A stretch of DNA of 62,649 bases, counting the filler, from an uncultured bacterium (GTDB lineage: Bacteria > B130-G9), in assembly GCA_965372715.1 (NCBI GenBank). It is 3 parts of 3 records of this genome, joined end to end, with 100 filler letters (N's around TTAATTAATTAA, not from the genome) between each part and the next. Parts side by side here need not be neighbours in the genome. Positions count along the whole stretch, not along the records: positions 1 to 21,891 come from CBDVDH010000060.1; 2 more parts are not named here. The stretch is one strand, 5' to 3'. The notes below the pieces were generated by a model, which saw only the letters and a program-made list of their open reading frames with translations, was not told where the DNA came from and did no database searches. Positions within the stretch are counted from its first letter, which is position 1. Each line of letters begins with the position of its first letter. The position numbers and the translations under genes were made by a program. Below, one piece after another: positions 1-8,884 of this stretch.

Positions 1-24
1 GGGAATGCAATCCAGACAAGAGAT

Positions 25-792
25 ATGAAACGCCTTAGGATCGATTTACAGTATGACGGGACCGACTTCAGCGGTTGGCAGAGCCAGCCCGGTGGCGGAA
101 CTGTGCAGGACCTGCTGGAACAGCACCTGCGAGCCGTTCTGTCCATGCCCGATCTGAGGGTGTTTGGCCAAGGCCGAACGGACGCTGGGGTCCACGCCCT
201 CAGACAGGTCGCGCATTTCGACTGCGAGACAAAAGTCCCGCCCGAAAAGCTGCCGCGGCTGCTGAACAAGCGCCTGACGCAGCACGGCGTTGTCGTGCTC
301 GAGACCCAAGGGGTCGCAGAGACGTTCCACGCCCGCTTCAGCGCCTTGTCCAGAACCTACTGCTATGTGCTGTATTGCTCCGAGGCGCCGCCGCCCGTCT
401 ATCTCCTTCGCTACTGCAACCACATCACCCACCGGTTCAACGCCACTCTCGTCAGTGAGGCAATAAGGGAGTTCGTTGGACAGCACGACTTCGCGGCGTT
501 CTGTTCAGGCGACTGGGAGGGCGACAGAACCGTTCGCCACCTCATGGAGGCGAGCCTCGTCATCGATGGCCCCTGGATTCGCCTCGTCTTCAGGGCCAAC
601 GCATGCCTTCACAACATGGTGCGGCATATCGTTGGCCTCCTGCTTGAAGTCGGCAAAGGCAAGCAGTCAAAAGAGCTCATATCAACCCTCCTTGCGAACC
701 CCGACCCAGGCGCCGCCTCCCGCCGACCCTGGAACCTCCCCCCCGCAAGGGGCCTCTTCCTCATCGATGTGGAGTACCCGGACGACACCTGA
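25..792 (+). CDS. truA: tRNA pseudouridine(38-40) synthase TruA
   Basis: YDGTDFSGWQ, GRTDAGVHA (catalytic Asp), FHARFSA, G.HDFAAF and HNMVR motifs. Confidence 0.95.
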   Translation: MKRLRIDLQYDGTDFSGWQSQPGGGTVQDLLEQHLRAVLSMPDLRVFGQGRTDAGVHALRQVAHFDCETKVPPEKLPRLLNKRLTQHGVVVLETQGVAETFHARFSALSRTYCYVLYCSEAPPPVYLLRYCNHITHRFNATLVSEAIREFVGQHDFAAFCSGDWEGDRTVRHLMEASLVIDGPWIRLVFRANACLHNMVRHIVGLLLEVGKGKQSKELISTLLANPDPGAASRRPWNLPPARGLFLIDVEYPDDT

Positions 793-941
793 CCACCTCA
801 TTCCCCTTACTGGACCTTTGACATCGTTCAGCATTCGTGGAACTTCTCGGGTCATCGCCGTTGACCTTATGGCGTAACAAGGCTATATTAGGATTTGACA
901 CGCGAGACTGAATAGCTGCGAGCGGAACCAGAGGGAAGCGG

Positions 942-3900
942 ATGAACTGCCACAAGTGCGGGGCTGAGCTGCGGGAGAACGTGAAGTTCTGCGGCGAATG
1001 CGGCGAGAAGCAGGGCCGACCCATGGAGGCGGTCTTTTCAGAGGGTGAGATCGCCGAGATTCAGCAGAAAGCACGGCCGGACGAGTTCCTTGCGAAGCTC
1101 AAAAAGATCGCCGAGGAGGGTTTTGAGGTTGAGCAGCGCGCGGTGGCGGTGCTCTGCGTTTGCCTTTCAGGTTATTCGAATCTCCGTTCGAGGCTCCCCA
1201 AAGACCAGCTTCGTGAGGTGATGCGGGAAGTCTATTCGACGACTTGCGAGGTAATTGCCAAGCGTGAGGGATACGTTGACAAGCTCGTCGATGACGAGGT
1301 CACGGCGATTTTTGGCATCCCGATCGGCCTTGAGCGGCCCTGCGAGCGCGTCATAGCGGCTGTGGACGAGGTCCAGATCGGCCTGGCAGGCGTCAACCAC
1401 CGATTCAAGGACATCCTTCCGGCGCCTCTTTCGGTCCGGGCTGGCGTCGCTTTCGGGAAGGTACTAGCGGGTCGGCTGGGTGATTCGATGCAGCTGGAAT
1501 ACAGCGCCTTGGACGAGGCGGTCAACGTCGCCAAGCGGCTAGCAGACGCCGCCCTCTCCGCAGCGGTCTTCGTGACCAAGGAGATAGCGGATCGGGCGGA
1601 AGAGGCGTTCGAGTTTCAGAACGTTGGCATGGTTCCTGTTTCCGAGGCTGAGTCGCCGGTCGAGGTTCTGCATTTGGTCGGGCCCCGAGCCCTGTCCGGT
1701 GAGCGGGCCAGGTTCTCAAAGCTTGCCGCCCCGATGTTCGGCCGGGACAAGGAGTTTGACAAGCTCAAGGAAGCGTTCGGCAAGCTCGCGCGATTCTACC
1801 CAGACCCCGAGCCTTGCGAGACGGGCGAGGGCAAATACCGCCATTTGTCGCGGGTATTCGGCATCACGGGCGAGGCAGGTGTCGGCAAATCCCGTCTGAA
1901 GCGCGAGTTTAAGCGGCATCTTGGCGAGCGCTTTAGCGAGAGCGGCTTCCGCTGGCTCGTTGGAGGCGCCTGGAGCGTCGGCGAGACGCCGCTTTACTGG
2001 CCGATAAAGACGCAGATAGCCTCCGAGCTTGATTTCGACCCGACTGCCAGCGGAGCGGCGATTGCGAGTGCTCTGTCAAGGCTGAAAGACGATATGGGCG
2101 ATGATGCGGAGCTTGTCCCGTATCTTTATTATCTCTTCGGCTTTGAGGACCCGGACAGCCCGTTGGCCGATCTTGACCCAAAGGCGATCAAGGACAACCT
2201 CTGGATGGCGATGAGGCGCCTCTATGCTCGATGGTCGGCGGAAAGACCGTTGGCATTAGTCTTTGAGGACATGCACTGGTCCGATGGCGGAACAGCCGAT
2301 TTTATAGACTATCTGGCCGATTTCGTGAGCGATTTTCCCATCTTGGTGCTGGTCCTCTACCGGCCCGGTTTCGAGGCTAAGTTTGCCAAAAGAAAAGGCG
2401 TTCCGTTCACCGAGCTGAGGCTTGAGCCGCTCTCAAGTGATGCCGAGGCGGACCTCCTCGACTTCTATATGGCGGCCGGCGAGAGCGAGCAGGCGTTTGC
2501 CCGCCGGCTGCGGCAGCATTCCAAGGGCAACCCTCTGCTCGTCGAGGAATCGCTGCACCTCCTGCTTGAGCAGGGCAAGCTCGAGCTTGTCGGCGACAAG
2601 ATGCGCCTCGCCCAGGACGTCGAGGAGATACCGCTGCCAGCGGGCCTGCCGGAGGTCCTGGCCGAGCGGTTCGATAGGCTCCCGCAGCAGGACAAGCGGG
2701 TTGCCTATTCCGGGGCCGTCATCGGCGACTCTTTCGCCACCGATTTGCTCTCTAGTGTCCAGACTTCGCTTTACGGCGCCTCGGACGTTGAGAAGCCGCT
2801 CGAATCGCTCGTTGAGCGCGAGTTCCTCTTCCAGAGACCAATTGGGCCGGAGCTCGAATTCATCTTCAAACACGACGTGATGCGGGACTTGATGATCTCA
2901 CGGCAGGCGACCAGCCTCAGGCGTGAGCAGAGCAAGCTCGTCGCCGCCGGCATAGAGGATTCGTGCAAGGACCATCTGAACGAGTTCCAGGGCATTCTCG
3001 CCATGCACTGGGAGATGGCCGGCGAGATGGACAGGGCCGCCAGAAGCGCCGCCTTCTGGGGCATCTACAACGAAAAGCAACAGCGCAACCTGGAAGCTAA
3101 GGCTGCCTTCGAGAACTACGACCGGCTCTCTGAGAGCTTCGCCCTCAGCCCGCTCTCGCCTCAGGAGGAAAGAGACCTCCTCATCTCGCGCATAAAGATC
3201 GCCGACATTCTTGGCAAGTGGGACGAGGGGATCACTTTCTGTGACGTTTTGGCTCGATTCTCAGACGCGAAATCCCGCGCCATCGCTCTGCGGCAGAAAG
3301 CAGTGTTCAGGTACTTGAAAGGCGAGTACGATCAGGCACTCCGAGGCCATGATGAGGCCCTTGCACTGTTTCGCGAGTTGGGCGACCAAGGTGATATCGG
3401 GTTCATGCTCAACAACATAGGCACGGTACACTGGATGCGTGGCGATTACGACAAGGCGCTTCGATATTATGCTGAAGGGCTTGCCCTATTTCGGGAGGCG
3501 TTGGACCAAAAGGGCATTGCCTTCTCGATACACAATATGGGCAACCTAAATGTGGAACGTGGGGAATATGACCAAGCGATTGGACATTTCAACGAAGCCC
3601 TCTCGATCTTTCGGCAGTTGGGGGACCAACGTCACGCTTCGTTTTCGCTAAACAACATAGGGGCGGTGCACACCTACCTGGGTAACTATGAGGAAGCGCT
3701 TCGATATCATCATGAAACCCTCTTGATGCGTCGGGAGCGGGGCGACCGGCACGGCATCGCCTTCTCGCTGGTCAACATAAGTCTCGTCCACAACCAATGT
3801 GGAGAGTATGATCAAGCGCTTCAATATAACGATGATGCACTCTCTATCATTCGGGAGTTGGGCGACCGACCAAGCATGGCATCCTGCCTTCTGATCAGAG

Positions 3901-4460
3901 CCCGTAGCCACAGCGAGTGTGGCGACTATCAGCAAGCGCTTGAATGCTACAATGAAGCGCTTTCGATCTCTCGGGACGTGGGTAACCGAGCGCATATCGC
4001 GCGTGGATTGATTGGCATTGCCGGTCTGCACGCAGACAGAGCTGAGTGGGCCGAGGCAAGAGAGATCGCCCTCGAGACTGAGGAGATCTCCCGGTCCATT
4101 AACCACGCAGGGGCTCTTTCGGCATCGCTTGCCCTGCTCTGTTGGGCTGAGGCGGGACTCAGGAACTGGGAGGCGTCTCTCTCCTCTGGCGCACAGGCAC
4201 TTCCAATCGCGGATGAGATCCAGCGTCGCGACCTCATGGTCAATTGCCGAATAGCCTTGGCCGAGGCACACGTTCTGATGGCCCGGTGGTATGACGGAGA
4301 GCAGCAAGGAGAAGGGCCGCCGCTTTCTCGAGACGATGCCGTCGCCAAGGCGACGGACTACGCGGAGCAGGCGAAGGAGCTCGCCGAGGCGAAGGGGATG
4401 AAGGGCTACGTCAAGGAGACCGAAAAGCTGCTGGCCGAGATCGCGGAATGTTCGCCCTAG
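942..4460 (+). CDS. Zn-ribbon + class III cyclase-like domain + STAND/AAA NTPase + TPR repeat protein
   Basis: N-terminal CHKCG..FCGECG; cyclase-like VDKLVDDEV..FG and AVNVAKRL; Walker A GEAGVGKS; Walker B LVFEDMHW; GNPL motif; about six 40-aa TPR repeats. Confidence 0.9.
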   Translation: MNCHKCGAELRENVKFCGECGEKQGRPMEAVFSEGEIAEIQQKARPDEFLAKLKKIAEEGFEVEQRAVAVLCVCLSGYSNLRSRLPKDQLREVMREVYSTTCEVIAKREGYVDKLVDDEVTAIFGIPIGLERPCERVIAAVDEVQIGLAGVNHRFKDILPAPLSVRAGVAFGKVLAGRLGDSMQLEYSALDEAVNVAKRLADAALSAAVFVTKEIADRAEEAFEFQNVGMVPVSEAESPVEVLHLVGPRALSGERARFSKLAAPMFGRDKEFDKLKEAFGKLARFYPDPEPCETGEGKYRHLSRVFGITGEAGVGKSRLKREFKRHLGERFSESGFRWLVGGAWSVGETPLYWPIKTQIASELDFDPTASGAAIASALSRLKDDMGDDAELVPYLYYLFGFEDPDSPLADLDPKAIKDNLWMAMRRLYARWSAERPLALVFEDMHWSDGGTADFIDYLADFVSDFPILVLVLYRPGFEAKFAKRKGVPFTELRLEPLSSDAEADLLDFYMAAGESEQAFARRLRQHSKGNPLLVEESLHLLLEQGKLELVGDKMRLAQDVEEIPLPAGLPEVLAERFDRLPQQDKRVAYSGAVIGDSFATDLLSSVQTSLYGASDVEKPLESLVEREFLFQRPIGPELEFIFKHDVMRDLMISRQATSLRREQSKLVAAGIEDSCKDHLNEFQGILAMHWEMAGEMDRAARSAAFWGIYNEKQQRNLEAKAAFENYDRLSESFALSPLSPQEERDLLISRIKIADILGKWDEGITFCDVLARFSDAKSRAIALRQKAVFRYLKGEYDQALRGHDEALALFRELGDQGDIGFMLNNIGTVHWMRGDYDKALRYYAEGLALFREALDQKGIAFSIHNMGNLNVERGEYDQAIGHFNEALSIFRQLGDQRHASFSLNNIGAVHTYLGNYEEALRYHHETLLMRRERGDRHGIAFSLVNISLVHNQCGEYDQALQYNDDALSIIRELGDRPSMASCLLIRARSHSECGDYQQALECYNEALSISRDVGNRAHIARGLIGIAGLHADRAEWAEAREIALETEEISRSINHAGALSASLALLCWAEAGLRNWEASLSSGAQALPIADEIQRRDLMVNCRIALAEAHVLMARWYDGEQQGEGPPLSRDDAVAKATDYAEQAKELAEAKGMKGYVKETEKLLAEIAECSP

Positions 4461-4525
4461 CGGGAAATGGCGCTTGGTCACGCAAGTTAGTCTGAGGTGC
4501 TCGGCTGGGTTCTTGACATCTTCGG

Positions 4526-4734
4526 TTCCCTGAAAGGGAATGACATGAATAGCCGTGGGTTTCAACCCACGGACACTGTTCCACCACACCGAACCTCGAC
4601 CCTGAAGGGGTCGCACAGACCTTTTTTCAACACTTCTTGGTTCAGCCCCGTCGGGGCTGAGATTTTTTTCTTGCTGGTCTTGTGATCCGTGGGTTGAAAC
4701 CCACGGCTATTCACGTTATGCCCCTTTGGGGCAT
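4526..4734. repeat. Symmetric multi-hairpin REP/REPIN-like element
   Basis: Perfect 28-bp inverted repeat TGAATAGCCGTGGGTTTCAACCCACGGA at 4546-4573 and 4686-4713, each copy itself a hairpin, plus four more GC hairpins at 4526-4540, 4597-4613, 4642-4660 and 4718-4734. Confidence 0.8.
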
Positions 4735-4876
4735 TCAGCCACCGATCTCATGCAATAGGACCTCGTCCCCAGATTGCGGAGATCTCATAGGCGATGATCC
4801 CACCAGGTCAGGCCGTTAACACCGATGGAAACAAGCCAACACAAAACATAAGAAAACCCGCTCCTCGAAAAAGACC

Positions 4877-4905
4877 TTGACAAATCGCGCAAGCGATACT
4901 ATAGT
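4877..4905 (+). promoter_or_regulatory. sigma70-type promoter
   Basis: TTGACA-N17-TATAGT. Confidence 0.7.
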
Positions 4906-5305
4906 CAATAGTGAGGGATGGCTTAATAACGAAAGGGATGCATTAGGCGAGCTTAGGACAAACCACGAAGTTCATAATTCCCCCGCTTGGATTTTGAACT
5001 CCCGCGCTTATAGCGCAAATCCGTAACGCCTCGCCAAAGTTGTGCCCCCTATTTTGCTCGTAAGAACACGAGCCGAGCCACACTCTTTCGATAGACAATT
5101 TACGCAACCATGCAGACGAACGTATTGTCGAAAGGGGTGATGTCTTGAGAATGAGGCGCAGCAGACGTTGACCGCGTAACAGCATACGGCGAGGCGATGA
5201 GCTGTTTCGTCGCTAGCCGAAAACGTCTAGTGCCGACGACACCACCATTCAAACCATCTATTGATGCCGGCGGCATTAGCTCGCTTCAGAGAGGGGATGC
5301 TCACA

Positions 5306-6391
5306 ATGAGCAACATTGGTATCACACGGATGATATCAGACCTTTTCTTCGGTAGTTCACGCGAACGCATAAAAAATGAGGAAAGAAAAATGATGAGTAA
5401 GAAACTGATTGCTTTGACGATTGTGGCTCTGATTGGCCTGACCATGTGCTCAATAGCGCTTGCGAAGAAACCACCGAAGCCACCGCCGCCACCGCCACCG
5501 GATGCCAATCCCGCCATCGCTTACAGCCCAGATGGTTATATTTGGGTAATGGACGCGGATGGTTCGAACAACACACTCGTGACACAAGGTACCGGGGCAT
5601 TTTCAGCAAACCCCTGCTGGTCCCCTGATGGTCTCAAGCTTGCCTACAACTCGAAGTCACCGGATTATGTCTGGGGAGTTTACACAGTCAACCTTGATGG
5701 GACCGGTGAGTTCCTTGTTACTACACACTTTTTGAAGGAATGGTCTCCGGATGATGTTCTCGGGAAGGGCGAGAAGATACTAGTCAAAAGTACGGGCGAC
5801 CTCTTTTTGATTAACCCCAACGGCGATGGTTTGGTTCGTCTGACAAACACTCCGGACATCAGTGATGGTATTTCCGCGAGTTGGTCACCAGATGCAAAAA
5901 GCATCGTTGCAGCTTGCTGCCACGCAGACAGTTCCAGGCCTCGATGGCTTTCTGTTTATGAGCTTGCCGTGGATGAAGAAAGCCAAGAAATCTACGTAGC
6001 CAGTATCAGAAACATCCATGCCGAGGCTGCCAACTATGGTGATGGTGTTGAATACCCGACTTATCTCGGCAGCCTTGAATGGGCCAATACCCAAGACAAG
6101 GTTGTCATCAGGGACAATTCTGTGCCTGAAATCTGGACACTTGACCTAGGACCGCCGTATCACATGCAGCAAATCACAGGCGAGGGACGTGCGGTAGTCC
6201 CTGCAGGTGGGTTTGTGATGAATGCAACATGGTCACCAGATGACAGTAGAATCGCAATCGCTGTGAATGGATCAGGTCGAAACAAGAAACACACAGGCAT
6301 CTACGCGGTGGACGCAGAGGATGGCGCCAATATGGAGATGCTGGAAGACGGTCCGTTTCGCTGGGTAGATTGGTACCGCTACGCCGAATAG
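5306..6391 (+). CDS. Secreted TolB/PD40-like beta-propeller protein, paralog 1 (alternative start 5390)
   Basis: Signal peptide, poly-Pro linker, repeated WSPDG-type blades, IWVMDADG and RLTNTP motifs. Confidence 0.85.
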   Translation: MSNIGITRMISDLFFGSSRERIKNEERKMMSKKLIALTIVALIGLTMCSIALAKKPPKPPPPPPPDANPAIAYSPDGYIWVMDADGSNNTLVTQGTGAFSANPCWSPDGLKLAYNSKSPDYVWGVYTVNLDGTGEFLVTTHFLKEWSPDDVLGKGEKILVKSTGDLFLINPNGDGLVRLTNTPDISDGISASWSPDAKSIVAACCHADSSRPRWLSVYELAVDEESQEIYVASIRNIHAEAANYGDGVEYPTYLGSLEWANTQDKVVIRDNSVPEIWTLDLGPPYHMQQITGEGRAVVPAGGFVMNATWSPDDSRIAIAVNGSGRNKKHTGIYAVDAEDGANMEMLEDGPFRWVDWYRYAE

Positions 6392-6527
6392 CGTCTAGGC
6401 AGGCCAATCCCGACGTCCAGACAAGATGCCAGCGTTAGCCAACAAAAGTCTAGTGCCAACGACATCAAAACGGAAGTCGTTTATTCCTGCCGGCGGCATT
6501 AGCTCAATTCAGAGAGGGGTGCTCACT

Positions 6528-7640
6528 ATGAGTAACATTGGTATCACACGGATGATATCAGACCTTTTCTTCGGTAGTTCACGCGAACGCGTAAAAAACA
6601 AGGACAGAAAGATGATGAGTAAGAAACTGACTGTTTTGGCAATTGTGGCTCTGATTGGCCTAACCATGTGCTCTATAGCGCTTGCGAAGAAGCCACCGAA
6701 GCCACCGCCACCGCCGCCACCGGATGCCGATCCTGCCATCGCTTATGTCCTGGATGGTGATATTTGGGTAATGGACGCGGATGGCTCGAACAACACACTG
6801 GTGACAGAAAACGGTGCACGTCCCTGCTGGTCCCCTAATGGTCTCAAGCTTGCCTTCAACTCGTATTCGTATTTGGATAGAGACTGGGGAATGTACACAA
6901 TCAACCTTGATGGGACCGGTGAGTTCCTTGTTACTATGACACAAAGTCTAAAGGAATGGTCTCCGGGAGATGTTCTCGGCAAGGGCGAGAAGATACTATG
7001 CGTCGCTCCGGATGAGTCAGACCCATACGGTCCCTGTGACCTCTTTTTGATTAGCCCTGACGGCACAGGTTTGGTTCGTCTAACAAACACTCCGGACATC
7101 CATGAGGGTAACGTCGCGTGTTGGTCACCAGATGCAAAAAGCATCGCTGCAGCTTGCTTCGATGAAGGAAGTTACGTTCCTCAATGGCTTTCCGTTTATG
7201 AGCTTGGCTTAGATGCAGACGGAGAGATCTACGTAGAGAATACGATAAACATTAATGAGATGGCCGCTGATGCTGGCGTCACATACCCGACTAATTTCGG
7301 CACTATTGAATGGGCCAATACCCAAGACAAGATTGTCACCGGGCTCCGCCGCACTGACGTCTACGCATTTGATACCTGGACACTTGACCTAGGGCCACCG
7401 TATCACATGCAGCAAATCACCGGCGAGGGATATGAGGCAGATTTCCCTGTAGGTGGTGCCGGAGTGATGGCTTCAACATGGTCACCGGATGATACTAGCA
7501 TTGCATTCGCTGTGTCTGCTTCACCCAAATACAAGAAACTCGCAGGTATCTACGCGGTGGACGCAGAGGATGGCGCCAATATGGAGAAGCTGGAAGACGG
7601 TGCGTGTCGCGAGCCAGATTGGTATCGCTACGCTGAATAG
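6528..7640 (+). CDS. Secreted TolB/PD40-like beta-propeller protein, paralog 2 (alternative start 6612)
   Basis: Same architecture as paralog 1 with long near-identical nucleotide blocks. Confidence 0.85.
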   Translation: MSNIGITRMISDLFFGSSRERVKNKDRKMMSKKLTVLAIVALIGLTMCSIALAKKPPKPPPPPPPDADPAIAYVLDGDIWVMDADGSNNTLVTENGARPCWSPNGLKLAFNSYSYLDRDWGMYTINLDGTGEFLVTMTQSLKEWSPGDVLGKGEKILCVAPDESDPYGPCDLFLISPDGTGLVRLTNTPDIHEGNVACWSPDAKSIAAACFDEGSYVPQWLSVYELGLDADGEIYVENTININEMAADAGVTYPTNFGTIEWANTQDKIVTGLRRTDVYAFDTWTLDLGPPYHMQQITGEGYEADFPVGGAGVMASTWSPDDTSIAFAVSASPKYKKLAGIYAVDAEDGANMEKLEDGACREPDWYRYAE

Positions 7641-7755
7641 CGTCTAGGCACGCCAATCCCGACATCCAGACAAGATGCCAACCGCGGTCGGAAGCGGCGC
7701 CAGAATATGCGGCGCCTGAACCAACGCCTGCACGACGGTTTTAGATCAAGTCTTT

Positions 7756-7789
7756 GGGCCGGGGCGCCTCGCGCCTCGGCCCTTCTTCT
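7756..7789 (+). terminator. Probable intrinsic terminator
   Basis: GGGCCGGGGCGC-CTC-GCGCCTCGGCCC stem followed by TTCTTCT, downstream of the propeller pair. Confidence 0.5.
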
Positions 7790-7862
7790 ATCCCGGTTAC
7801 GCGCCATGATTGACAGGTCGGCCTGCCATGCCTTACCGTTATCTGCGGATGGGACGTAGGGT

Positions 7863-7900
7863 GGATTGCGGATTGTGGATTGCGGATTGCGGATTGGATT
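7863..7900. repeat. Heptamer tandem repeat (GGATTGC)n
   Basis: ggattgc ggattgt ggattgc ggattgc ggattg gatt. Confidence 0.85.
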
Positions 7901-7914
7901 TTGGACCTTAGCTG

Positions 7915-8883
7915 ATGACGAGTAAGACGCTTGAGGCGCACACGATTCGGAGTTTTGTATCGCCTTTGGGGGCGATAGCGGGGCTATTGCGCTATCTGAA
8001 GGACGTGCGGCCCTACTATCATCTGATGGCGCTATCGGGCTTTGCGTTCAGGACGAACATCGGCGACCGCGCGTGCCCGAGCTCGCCGTGCGCGTTCCAC
8101 TGGGACCATTTCCTGTCGCGGGCGATGATGCTGCTCGGCTACGAGTGCACCGTCGTTCAGTCGTTTTCGACCAGCTTTTTATTTGAGCGGCGGCTTGACG
8201 AGGCGCACTCGCTCATACGGCGGAGCATTGACGCGGATCTGCCGCTGATAGGCTGGGAGCTCGACCTGCCTGAGTTCGGGATAATCCGCGGCTATGACGA
8301 CGACAAGGGCATCTACATCATAGACGGTGTGCTGGCTGAGGAGGGCGAACAGACGCTGCCTTATGACAAGCTCGGCCGCGGGGAGACGGAGTCACTGTTC
8401 GTTCTTGCGCCTGGGAGGCGCCTCGAGACCAACGAGTTGGTCTGCGCAAAGCGGGCGATAGAGTATGCGGTGTTTCACCATACGCTCGAGGCGCCGATTT
8501 CTAAGTTCTATGAGACAGGCCCGGCGGCGTACGGGAAGTGGATGGATGCGCTGACGCGGCGCGACATTGACCCGTTCGGCAATTCCTACAACGCGAGGGT
8601 GGTGCTTGACGCCCGGGTCGCCGGAGTGAGTTACTTGCAGCACATAGCGCCTTTATTCCCAAAGGGAGATGCGACCGCAATTCTTTCGGCAGCGGGTCAT
8701 TTCGAGCAGGCGGCCGACGCGTTCATGTTGTTTAGCGGCTTGTTCGCGTTCCCCGGGGACGAGAAGCCCTTCAAAGACGACGTCAACGTTCAGAAGGGCG
8801 TCGGTTGGATATCTCGTGCGCGCGCAGAGGAAAAACACGCGATCGACCTTCTTGACAAAGTCAACACCAAATGGCGCAAATGA
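7915..8883 (+). CDS. Hypothetical protein, possibly BtrH-N/C39-like fold with a helical C-terminus
   Basis: 322-aa ORF; LMALSGFAFR, SIDADLPLIGW and EFGIIRGYDD resemble BtrH-like domains. Confidence 0.55.
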   Translation: MTSKTLEAHTIRSFVSPLGAIAGLLRYLKDVRPYYHLMALSGFAFRTNIGDRACPSSPCAFHWDHFLSRAMMLLGYECTVVQSFSTSFLFERRLDEAHSLIRRSIDADLPLIGWELDLPEFGIIRGYDDDKGIYIIDGVLAEEGEQTLPYDKLGRGETESLFVLAPGRRLETNELVCAKRAIEYAVFHHTLEAPISKFYETGPAAYGKWMDALTRRDIDPFGNSYNARVVLDARVAGVSYLQHIAPLFPKGDATAILSAAGHFEQAADAFMLFSGLFAFPGDEKPFKDDVNVQKGVGWISRARAEEKHAIDLLDKVNTKWRK

Positions 8884-8884
8884 G

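Larger units (their letters stand above)
5214..7682 (+). repeat. Tandem direct duplication of about 1.22 kb covering leader, gene and 3' flank
   Basis: TAGCC..GTCTAGTGCC at 5214 and 6436; shared 3' flank GAATAGCGTCTAGGCA..CCAATCCCGAC.TCCAGACAAGATGCCA after both genes. Confidence 0.9.

Noticed and set aside
4526-4734. Possible CRISPR array (also considered for the REP clusters)
   Set aside because: Repeats are inverted rather than direct with regular spacers, and there are no cas genes
5214-7682. Possible DGR template/variable repeat pair
   Set aside because: Differences include indels and all four bases, both copies are full genes, and no reverse transcriptase is present in the window
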